Translations under genes and position numbers: made by a program
The notes under the pieces: model-generated
What the model saw: the letters and a program-made list of their open reading frames with translations, nothing else
Database searches by the model: none
What the model was told of the DNA's origin: nothing
In this document: one piece after another, positions 21,395 through 32,795 of the stretch
How the letters are laid out: each line of letters begins with the position of its first letter
Position numbering within the stretch: position 1 is the first letter of the stretch
Assembly (NCBI RefSeq): GCF_964204645.1
Contig: NC_134035.1
Coordinates: forward strand, 2,294,001-2,358,000
Reading direction: 5' to 3'
Length of the DNA: 64,000 nucleotides
Source: Tubulanus polymorphus
Taxonomy: Eukaryota; Animalia; Nemertea

Positions 21395-23149
21395 TGAAAA
21401 TGTTTAAATTTCTTTATTCAGTCAAAACTAATGCTCTGTTGTTTGAACGATGACTCATTTATTTCGAATGTTATATTGCTCTTATCAATAGGAATTTTGA
21501 AAATTCAAAACAAGCCGCGGAAGTTTTCTGTTTTGTTAAAGGTCCGTATCACAAAACTATCAACCACAACGAGTCACCGGTATTATTTCATGATAATTCG
21601 AGTTGTTTGAGATGACCCCTGGTTTTCAAGTGCGGTAAGTCCCCGAGTCACCACTAGAGTAAGGGGGTGTGCACGTGACGTCATTGTCTGTATGTCGGTC
21701 AGTGCTTATAAACAAATGAAAATCGGGGTATTTTCGAATTTCGAGGATCTTTCGTATCAATCAGTTATTATCAGTTTACCGACCGATATGGCGCAGTCAT
21801 GTCAAACAAAAGGCTGCAAGACCGCATTTAAAAACTACAGATCTTAAAAACTTTTCCTGAAGTTCTAATGGTGTTTGTTTGTTGCCTTTTCATTTCTATT
21901 GCAGATAAGCTCTTCTTCCTGGGGACCTCATCTAGTTGTCGATACGAACTGACTGAACCAACCTGGTCAGATGGATGATTCCACAGATCTGAGGGCTGTC
22001 AACGTCTACCAAACTGATAACGAAATAATCCGCGAAACTCCACCCATGAATTTGCGAGTTTGTTGTATAGGAAACTTAGGTTAGGTCGGGTTTAAGCTTA
22101 GTAAAACAGTTGGAGCCTCGTTACAGCAAATCTCTTCCCTTCCTCTGAACTTGTGACCAGTGATTTGTGATTAGATGATTTAGGGTATGACAAATTCAAT
22201 TGATATTCTACTGTTGCAATAGATTTGAAATCTGTGATTTATCGAATGGATGAAACTTTTGATATATTCTCTAGATTTGGATTATTGCAAAATCTTGTAA
22301 CCCGCTTGTACCTTGTTCAATCTCATCATGAATGTTGAATGAAATATAAGGCCAAGGACGATTTCCCGGATTACAACGAATAGAATTTCAGAATAATTCA
22401 CGTAAATGGCTTATTATTGATTATGTAATAACGTTGTTATCTGAGCGGTTCCGGGTTCGGTATATACTTTTCTCACTGCAGTCGTCAATCCATATCGTAT
22501 ACAGAATTGATTCATTTATTTTGACGACAAATTATATCGTATTTTTCAGGTTGGAGGCGCAAGTTGCATGTTTAAACAATCGGTCCTGGCGCGCTCGAAT
22601 TACTGGAACCATGACCGTGACAGGAACGTGATTAGTCTATATACATTCTGTACATGAGTCAGTTATAGATATATATCGGCTGTCATACGAGACACACGTA
22701 CAGTTTTGTGTGGGTTTTGGATATTTTGAATATGCGAGAAACTGGGAAAAAAACTGCTCGTGGCATCTAGAACCCGTCGTTCTCTCCCAGACGAAACTAG
22801 GAATATCCCCGATTCAAATTTACTCTTAAGCCTAATTCTTTCATAGAAAATTGTTTCTTTAATAGTTTCAGAGCATTTTTTTCTGGTTACAGTGTTAGTG
22901 GTAGTTGAATGCACGATTTTAGAGAATAAAATTTAATTTGCTTGAAATTCTTCCTTTGGCATGTGAGCCTATCGCTTTACCGGATGCTAATACATTCCGC
23001 TGACAAAAGAGTTCTATCAAAAATGGTTTTAAATTCGTTTTAAAAAGATGATCTCCTTCGAAAAACCTAAAACGATAGTAGAATTATTCATATACAATGG
23101 AATCGTATTAAACATTGAACGAAATTCGGCTAAGAAAAATATCTTGATC

Positions 23150-23862
23150 ACTCGCATGCCACAGTATGATAGCGAGGCTGAGTTAGATATCTACCGTACA
23201 GTGCTGCTCCTATGAATTACGATAGCGGAATTTCTGTGAACTAAAATAGTGGCGCATATTTACCGCCGGAATTTAAATTTCCTAATTACGTACAATACGG
23301 ACCAGTGTGGCGCCTAATTCTGATTGAATATGACACTATGAAAACGTTCTGAATTTTGTATGATATTGCTTTATTTTTTAGGTAACATATTTAATTCTTT
23401 TTAACTAAAATTCACTTATTTATCAATTAATATGATATTTGTATACAGAATAACTGATTCATTTACATTTTTGAATGATAAGTTATCATCTGAATTGACA
23501 AAATGTCCATATTTTTTCTTCGATATATTCTAATTGCGCGCAAATAATCAGGGAACATACAAACACCTGTCGTTCTATCCCAGACCATACTAGAAATACC
23601 CCGATTCAAATTTACTCTTTCAAGGCTTATTCTTTTATAGAAAAATTGTTTGGTTCAAACGTTCAGAGCAGTTTTCAGAGTTTAAGAATTTTCCTCGGAA
23701 TCCGGCCCGCAAATCGGTAATTAGTTCGTCCACTACGGCCGTTCGAAGACTTTGGCAAGCGAGTATTATGTTAGTTCACATTTTCCACGCTATCGTTATA
23801 TATAGGGGCAGCACTAGACGGTCGAGATTGAATCGATCGCGCTATTTTTACTGTGGAGCGGG
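23150..23862. mobile_element. Non-autonomous element with ~100-bp imperfect TIRs (CTCGCnTGCCA family), one per tandem unit
   Basis: The left end ctcgcatgccacag...ctaccgtacagtgctgc.cctatgaa.tacgatagcg...gtgaactaa is the reverse complement of ttagttcac...cgctatcgttatatataggggcagcactagacggtcgaga...ctgtggagcggg at ~23770-23862. Repeated at ~25793-26502 and ~28977-29687. Confidence 0.6.
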
Positions 23863-24464
23863 CTCAATTCAATCGCTAATTCTTTATTTACAGTGAACTA
23901 TTCCCTCAATTGATAAAGACTTCAAAGCCACGATGATTTTAAATGTACGAATTTTGATATTGGGTAAAAAGATAAGAATTCATGATATTTCATGTCCCCA
24001 GTTGACTTCGCGGACATGTCACGACAGTGAGCGGGGCCCCGGCCCTGACTCGACCAGTTAGTTACAACGTCAACGGCTTTCTCCCACAGTACACTGCCAC
24101 AGGCTGGGCTCTTGTGTAAAACGAGAATCTGTTAATCCAGTGTGACTGAAAACTGCTGAAAACTTTTGCTTCAGCCTTTACTATGTCAGAGTAATTGTAC
24201 TGTTTTGCTTCCCTTTTCACCCATCCTCCCTCAACCTCACCTCATCCTGCCTCAACCTCACCCCAACCTCTCATCCCATTGGCATTGTCCTCTCATCCCA
24301 TCCTCCCCCAACCTCTCAGTCAGTCTCGCTGTTAATGTGATTTCTATTTTAGTATTTCAGGTTTTCCTCTGTCGGGCTGTCGTGTAAACTTCATCACGAA
24401 TACTGGATGTGGTGGACTTCAACTGAAATTTATCACAGTTTTACTTCTTCAGTCAACTTCTTCC

Positions 24465-24590
24465 GGACTACTAGTGAACTAACTGGACTACTAGTGAACT
24501 AACCAGACTATTAGTAAACTAACTGGACTATATGTGAACTAACCAGACTATATGTGAACTAACTGGACTATTTAGTCAACTAACCGGACT
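24465..24590 (+). repeat. 20-bp minisatellite (ggactactagtgaactaact) x ~6; x ~5 in unit 2 at 27095-27200
   Basis: Direct repeats visible in the sequence. Confidence 0.9.
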
Positions 24591-27479
24591 GAAGTGGATG
24601 ATACTCATAAAAAACAGTCAGTGGTGGACTCCAGGAGGTGTGGAACTCTGTATGTGGATTTGTGGAACTCGGTGGACTACCATTACTGCTAGACAATGGC
24701 TGGTGAGTGTGTGAGTAGAATTTCTTATAAGTTTCCAAAACAATTATGAGAAAGCAGTTTATCTTTAAACACTGTTTACACTGCATTTCATAACAATTGT
24801 CAATGGGGTTATTTGTAGTAGCCTGTAATTGTGTTGCAGGAATATAATCATAATAATATCTCAAAAACTCTGGGGTCCAAGGCCTTTTGAAAATTTAGGG
24901 GGTCCCCCCAAAAATTCGAATTTCTCATTTTCTGGGCCTAGGATCCGAAAAATTCTTTCAGATTTGTAATCAGCACCCGAGAATACATGTCTGTACTGAA
25001 TTTCATCGAAATCTGAGACAAAAATGTTTTGACCCCTGACACTCATTTTGTGGAGTAGCCTACCTTAGATTGCCATTTCTCTGATACACCGGTAACTAGA
25101 CTTAACTCTAACTCTGTATGTTTGATTGGTGGCCTCAAATCTATTAAGTTTCATGTATATTTTTTAGGATGTTTGTCATCATTAGGAACTACATGCATGT
25201 ATTGACGTTTTTGTTTGTTGATCAGGACTACATCAGATGAACTGGATAAGCGTTAGAACTCACCGAGAGGATAAAGAAACAAACGAACACATATTGGGAG
25301 AACTTGACTTCAGTTATAGTGAACTTTATGTCCACGAGGACTAAATATGTGACACTACCGATTGGCAATGTTTGAACTAAAAACAGGGCAACTGAAAAAA
25401 ACTGCTCATGGCATCTTGAACGCTCCCAGACGAAACTAGGAATATCCCCGATTCAAATTTACTCTGAAGCCTAATTCTTTCATAGAAAATTGTTTCTTTA
25501 ATAGTTTCAGAGCATTTTTTTTCTGGTTACAGTGAATTAGTGGTAGTTGAATGCACTATTTTAGAGAATAAAATTTAATTTGCTTGAAATTCTTCCTTTG
25601 GCATGTGAGCCTATCGCTTTACCGGATGCTAATACATTCCGCTGACAAAAGAGTTCTATCAAAAATGTTTTGAAATTCCTTTTAAAAAGATGTTCCCCTT
25701 CGAAAAACCTTAAACGATAGTAGAATTATTCATATACAATGGAATCGAATTAGATAATGAATGAAATTCGGCTAAAAAAAATATCTTGTTCACTCGCATG
25801 CCACAGTAAGATAGCGAGGCTGAGTTAGATATCTACCGTACAGTGCTGCCCCTATGAATAACGATAGCGGAATTTCTGTGAACTAAAATAGTAGCGCATA
25901 TTTACCGCCGGTAAAATGCCCTTATTGCGTACAATACGGACCAGTGTGGCGCCTAATTCTGATTAAATATGATACTATGAATACGTTCTGAATTTTGTAT
26001 GACATTGCCTTATTTTTTAGGTAACATATTTAATTCTTTTTAGCTAAAATTCACTTACTTATCAATTAACATAGTATTTATATACAGAATAACTTATTCA
26101 TTTACATTTTTGAATGATGATTTATCATCTGAAGTGACAAAATGTCCATATTTTTTCTTCGATATATTCTAATTGCGCGCAAATAATCAGGGAACATACA
26201 AACACCTGTCGCTCTCTCCCAGACCATACTAGAAATACCCCGATTCAAATTTACTCTTTCAAGGCTTATTCTTTTATAGAAAAATTGTTTGGTTCAAACG
26301 TTCAGAGCAGTTTTCAGAGTTTAAGAATTTTCCTCGGAATCCGGCCCGCAAATCGGTAATTAGTTCGTCCACTACGGCCGTTCGAAGACTTTGGCAAGCG
26401 AGTATTATGTTAGTTCACATTTTCCACGCTATCGTTATATATAGGGGCAGCACTAGACGGTCGAGATTAAATCGATCGCCCTATTTTTACTGTGGAGCGG
26501 GCTCAATTCAATCGCTAATTCTTTATTTACAGTGAACTATTCCCTCAATTGATAAAGACTTCAAAGCCACGATGACTTTAAATGTACGAATTTTGATATT
26601 GGGTAAAAAGATAAGAATTCATGATATTTCATGTCCCCAGTTGACTTCGCGGACATGTCACGACAGTGAGCGGGGCCCCGGCCCTGACTCGACCAGTTAG
26701 TTACAACGGCTTTCTCCCACACTGCCACAGGCTGGGCTCTTGTGTAAAACGAGAATCTGTTAATCCAGTGTGACTGAAAACTGCTGAAAACTTTTGCTTC
26801 AGCCTTTACTATGTCAGAGTAATTGTACTGTTTTGCTTCCCTTTTCACCCATCCTCCCTCAACCTCTCACCCCATCCTGCCTCAACCTCACCCCAACCTC
26901 TCATCCCATTGTCCTCAACCTCTCATCCCATCCTCCCCCAACCTCTCAGTCAGTCTCGCTGTTAATGTGATTTCTATTTTAGTATTTCAGGTTTTCCTCT
27001 GTCGGGCTGTCGTGTAAACTTCATCACGAATACTGGATGTGGTGGACTTCAACTGAAATTTATCACAGTTTTACTTCTTCAGTCAACTTCTTCCGGACTA
27101 CTAGTGAACTAACTGGACTACTAGTGAACTAACCAGACGATATGTGAACTAACTGGACTATATGTGAACTAACCAGACTATATAGTCAACTAACCGGACT
27201 GAAGTGGATGATACTCATAAAAAACAGTCAGTGGTGGACTCCAGGAGGTGTGGAACTCTGTACGTGGATTTGTGGAACTCGGTGGACTACCATTACTGCT
27301 AGACAATGGCTGGTGAGTGTGTGAGTAGAATTTCTTATAAGTTTCCAAAACAATTATGAGAAAGCAGTTTATCTGTAAACACTGTTTACACTGCATTTCA
27401 TAACAATTGTCAATGGGGTTATTTGTAGTATAGAGCCTGTAATTGTGTTGCAGGAATTATAATTCAGGCTTTTAGTAAG

Positions 27480-28215
27480 AGCATCAATTTCTACCTTAAA
27501 AATTAATTGAATATTTGACATCGTTGAATAAAAATCGTTTTTGGACCGAATTTTGCGGGCGAATTTCATAAAAATTTGTGACGAAAATTAAGGGGGTCGA
27601 AACACAAAATCCTGAATATCTCATTTTAGGAGCATCGGATCCGAAATCTAACCTCATATTTGTAATCAGCACCCCAAAAAACACGTCTGCACAAAATTTC
27701 ATTAAAATTGGGCCAAAAAAAAATTTTGACTTTGTACCCCATTTTTGGGGTGCATATTTTGGGCATTAAAACCCTTATTTGCTCATGAAGATGAATTCCG
27801 ATTCAAAATCTGATTGCGGATCCGGCATCTACACCTCACAATACACATTCCTACTAATTTTCGAAGAAATCAGAGAAAAAAAATTTTTCGCCGAAAAAAA
27901 ACTCCTGGACTAACACCTTAGATTTTAGCCATTTTTTGCCAAAAAATTGAATCTCTTCGATTTACTTAAGATTTTAGTCCTCTATATTTTTAGGGGTGCT
28001 GATTCCAAATCTGCAATCAGATTTCGAATATCTCAAAATCTCTGGGGTCCAAGGCCTTTTGAAAATTTAGGGGGTCCCCCCAAAAATTCGAATTTCTCAT
28101 TTTCTGGGCCTCGGATCCGAAATATTCTTTCAGATTTGTAATCAGCACCCAAGAATACATGTCTGTACTGAATTTCATCGAAATCTGAGACAAAAATGTT
28201 TTGACCCCTGACACT
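27480..28215. mobile_element. Non-autonomous interspersed element with repeated tttgtaatcagcaccc / gggtgctgatt modules
   Basis: Modules occur in both orientations (~27660, 27995, 28135); a truncated copy lies at 24861-25045. Superfamily not assignable by eye. Confidence 0.5.
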
Positions 28216-31200
28216 CATTTTGTGGAGTAGCCTACCTTAGATTGCCATTTCTCTGATACAACGGTAACTAGACTTTACTCTAACTCTGTATGTTTGATTG
28301 GTGGCCTCAAATCTATTAAGTTTCATGTATATTTTTTAGGATGTTTGTCATCATTAGGGACTACATGCATGTATTGACGTTTTTGTTTGTTGATCAGGAC
28401 TACATCAGATGAACTGGATAAGCGTTAGAACTCACCGAGAGGATAAACAAACAAACGAACACATATTGGGAGAACTTGACTTCAGTCATAGTGAACTTTA
28501 TGTCCACGAGGACTAAATATGTGACACTACCGATTGGCAATGTTTGAACTAAAAACGGGGCAACTGAAAAAAAAACTGCTCGTGGCATCTTGAACCCGTC
28601 GTTCGCTCCCAGACGAAACTAGGAATATCCCCAATTCAAATTTATTCTGAAGCCTAATTCTTTCATAGAAAATTGTTTCTTTAATAGTTTCAGAGCATTT
28701 TTTTTCTGGTTACAGTAAATTAGTGGTAGTTGAATGCACTATTTTAGAGAATAAAATTTAATTTGCTTGAAATTCTTCCTTTGGCATGTGAGCCTATCGC
28801 TTTACCGGATGCTAATACATTCCGCTGACAAAAGAGTTCTATCAAAAATGTTTTGAAATTCCTTTTAAAAAGATGTTCCCCTTCGAAAAACCTTAAACGA
28901 TAGTAGAATTATTCATATACAATGGAATCGAATTAGATAATGAATGAAATTCAGCTAAGAAAAATATCAGTATTACTCGCATGCCACAGTAAGATAGCAA
29001 GGCTGAGTTAGATATCTACCGTACAGTGCTGCCCCTATGAATAACGATAGCGGAATTTCTGTGAACTAAAATAGTAGCGCATATTTACCGCCGGTAAAAT
29101 GCCCTTATTACGTACAATACGGACCAGTGTGGCGCCTAATTCTGATTATATATGATACTATGAATACGTTCTGAATTTTGTATGACATTGCCTTATTTTT
29201 TAGGTAACATATTTAATTCTTTTTAGCTAAAATTCACTTACTTATCAATTAACATAGTATTTATATACAGAATAACTTATTCATTTACATTTTTGAATGA
29301 TAATTTATCATCTGAATTGACAAAATGTCCATATTTTTTCTTCGATATATTCTAATTGCGCGCAAATAATCAGGGAACATACAAACACCTGTCGCTCTCT
29401 CCCAGACCATACTAGAAATACCCCGATTCAAATTTACTCTTTCAAGGCTTATTCTTTTATGGAATAATTGTTTGGTTCAAACGTTTCAGAGCAGTTTTCA
29501 GAGTTTAAGAATTTTCCTCGGAATCCGGCCCGCAAATCGGTAATTAGTTCGTCCACTCCTGCCGTTCGAAGACTCTGGCTAGCGAGTATCATGTTAGTTC
29601 ACGTTTTCCACGCTATCGTTATACATAGGGGCAGCACTAGACGGTCGAGATTGAATTGATCGCGCTATTTTAACTGTGGAGCGTGCTCAATTCAATCGCT
29701 AATTCTTTATTTACTAATTGAGGTCTACGTTTAAAGTGAGATTGAAGTGAAATAAAACATTAGAACGGTTACAGTTAGATTCCTTGTTTCGTGTCAATGT
29801 TATCGTTCGGTATTCATATTGACTTATCAGTCACTTGCCTGGAAATCAGAGATAACTCATTCGATTCTAAGCAGATCAAGTCAGGGAAAACAACATGCAT
29901 GCCAGGGAATAGTCAAGGAACTGATTTAGAAACGACTGCATTGTTTTCAGATACCGACTCTACCGACCGTATCTGTGATACACTATAGAAACAGTCGTTT
30001 CTAAAATAAGTTCAAGTACGTTAGACAAATTAACTACGTTGCCCCAATTTACTAAAACTATGGACAATGCGAATGAATGTTGAATTCCGGGTTCTACTAC
30101 TATTTTTACTAACAAATTCGAGGTCTGATAATTTCTTTGTGTTGTCGAAAACGGTTTCTAATTCATTTTCAGGTTTTCATTTATTGCCATCCAACGATTT
30201 TGTCATTACTGGATGTACTAATGATGACTGAGACGAATTTGTTTTTAACAGTTGAAATGAGTTCATACTCATTTATTTGAGTTGCATAAGAATCCTCCTG
30301 AATTTGAAAGGAGCTGGATTAACCGAAAGATACGACATCGCCCGCCCGCACCAGGTGGTTTCACTGAACCCAGGACGCCTGGTGGGTCCAGCTGGATAAC
30401 TGCCCTAGACAGCATGGAATCAATATACCCACTAGAATTCATGCACAAAATTTGTTCATTCATTTCGTCGACAAATTATATCATATCATTTTTCTGGTTG
30501 CAGGCTCAAGTTGCATATTTGAACAATGACCTGTCGCGCACGACTAACTGGAACCGTGACCGGGACGTGATTAGCCTATATACATTCTGTACATTAGTCA
30601 GAGATATATCGGCTGTCATACGAGACACACGTACAGTTTTGTAGGGATTTAGGATATCGACTCTGAGAGAAAATACGTGAGATTTTTGGAACGGAAATAC
30701 ATTATTTGGAATTCTCAAATTCGAAATTTCAAAAACCCTCGTTCGTATCAGGATGATATTGACTCCGTAGCTGCAAGCTAATAGTTTTTGAAACGGGAAT
30801 TCGCTATCCGACTAACACGAATCCGAATTCTCGAATTCATCGTTCACATCTGGATAAACTGCAGCAATCAGTGTTAGAGCTGAGGATATCGTAGAATGGA
30901 TTCTCGTTGTAGACGACGACGCTATAAGAAATCTGTAAGGGATAAACTAGTGTAATATCGGGATATAATAAGCTGATAATCGATCAGTGTATCGGACAAT
31001 GATCATCGGATTAATTATCAAACGTGATCGCTAATTGAGAAAACCTTTGGTGAGACATTTTAGTGATGTTTATTTGAATTCATTTATTTTCAAACTTGAG
31101 GTTAAGTCAGATTCCTGTTTGTTCTTCGTTAATTCATTCATGTATGATTAACCATGTTCAAAAATAAACATAAATATATCATAATTAGTATTCTATATTG

Positions 31201-31315
31201 GATGTTGTTTTATTCATTCCACTCTTATTGTGATACTCTAAAGATATTTAATGACTGGGAGGATTCGATCATAGGACAGAAGCTCTAAAATACCCTGGCA
31301 GGCGGTGAATAACAG

Positions 31316-32362
31316 CGCTGGCAAGTGAGGAAATTGGCATGTTTTTTCCCTGGCAAGCGAGGAAACTGGGAGGTCAGGAAACTGGCTCTTTTTTGCCCTG
31401 GCAAGCGAGGAAACTGGTTCCTTTTTGCCCTGGCAAGCGAGGAAACTGGCTCTTTTTTGCCCTGGCAAGCGAGGAAACTGGCTCTTTTTTGCCCTGGCAA
31501 GCGAGGAAACTGGCTCCTTTTTGCCCTGGCAAGCGAGGAAACTGGCTCCTTTTTGCCCTGGCAAGCGAGGAAACTGGCTCCTTTTTGCCCTGGCAAGCGA
31601 GTATCGGTCCGGTCCCGCATATTATAGGTCCGCATCCGTAAAATGCCTGCCTCTCCTGGGGGAAGAGGCCTCTTTGGCTCCTTTTTGCCCTGGCAAGCGA
31701 GTATCAGTCCGGTCCCGCATATTATAGGTCCGCTTCCGTAAAATGCCTGCCTCTCCTGGGGGAAGTGGCCTCTTTGGCTCCTTTTTGCCCTGGCAAGCGA
31801 GTATCGGTCCGGTCCCGCATATTATAGGTCCGCTTCCGTAAAATGCCTGCCTCTCCTGGGGGAAGTGGCCACTTCGCCTAGGAGAGGCAGCCACATTGCG
31901 GAAGCGGACCTATAAAATGCGGGAACGGACCAATACTCGCTTGCCAGGGCAAAAAGGAGCCAAAAAGGCCACTTCGCCTAGGAGAGGCAGCCACAATGCG
32001 GAAGCGGACCTATAAAATGCGAGACCGGACCAATACTCGCTTGCCAGGGCAAAAAGCAGCCAGTTTCCTCGCTTGCCAGGGCAAAAAGCAGCCAGTTTCC
32101 TCGCTTGCCAGGGCAAAAAAGAGCCAGCTTCCTCACTTGCCAGGGCAAAAAAGAGCCAGTTTCCTCGCTTGCCAGGGCAAAAAAGAGCCAGCTTCCTCAC
32201 TTGCCAGGGCAAAAAAGAGCCAGTTTCCTCGCTTGCCAGGGCAAAAAGGAGCCAATTTTCTCGCTTGCCAGGGCATCATGGGGCCAGTTTCCTCGCTTGC
32301 CAGGGCATAAAGGAGCCAGTTTGCTCACTTGCCAGGGCAAAATAGAGCTCATTTCCTCACTA
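31316..32362. repeat. Head-to-head satellite arrays: 32-bp unit (ttgccctggcaagcgaggaaactggctctttt) and a 100-bp higher-order unit
   Basis: The 32-bp period is seen at 31395/31427/31459/31491/31523/31555/31587 and the 100-bp period at 31601/31701/31801. Reverse-complement arrays run from 31869 to ~32360. Confidence 0.95.
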
Positions 32363-32636
32363 GAGCTCGGGCTCTTTTTTATCGCCTTCCAGGGTATTTT
32401 AGAGCCTCTGTCCTCAAACCTATGAGCGAATCCTACCAGTCATCAAATATCTTTAGAGTCTCACAATAAGAGCGGAATGAATAAAACAATGATAACAACC
32501 AATATAAAATATCAATTATGATTTATTTATGTTTATTTTTGAAAATGGTTACGAACAGAACAGGAATCCGACTCACCTCACAGTTTTAATATCATAGGAT
32601 AAATGAACCCTAATCAACGCTTATAACACTATCACT

Positions 32637-32795
32637 TAGTGGAACCTCGTTACAGCGAACTCTACGGGACCGGAAAATATGTTCGTTATGACCGATAGTT
32701 CGTTATGTCCAGTTTAATTAGGGACAAAATTCTATATTTGTTATTATCCGATGAATCTTAATTGTATACGAGTTCGTTGTAACGAGGTTCCGCTG
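32637..32795. mobile_element. Tc1/mariner-pogo-like MITE; related partial copy at ~34492-34630
   Basis: TIRs agtggaacctcgttacagcgaactc...gagttcgttgtaacgaggttccgctg; the second copy ends ...aacgaggttccactgTA. Confidence 0.7.

Larger units (their letters stand above)
22741..29714 (+). repeat. Tandem duplication of a ~2.65-3.2 kb composite unit (22741-25390, 25391-28562, partial 28563-29714)
   Basis: Each unit starts actg..aaaaaactgctc(g/a)tggcatct...cccagacgaaactaggaatatcccc, and long stretches are nearly identical between units. Unit 2 has ~570 bp (~27465-28030) absent from unit 1. Confidence 0.93.

Noticed and set aside
31316-31600. CRISPR-like regular ~32-bp repeats (also the 43-bp array at 52102-52411)
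   Set aside because: Units are contiguous with no unique spacers, there are no cas genes, and the context is eukaryotic.
31238-32425. Multiple ~100-aa ORFs on both strands (e.g. MPGQKGASFLACQG...)
   Set aside because: They are translations of the stop-poor 32-bp satellite in shifting frames, with no protein features.
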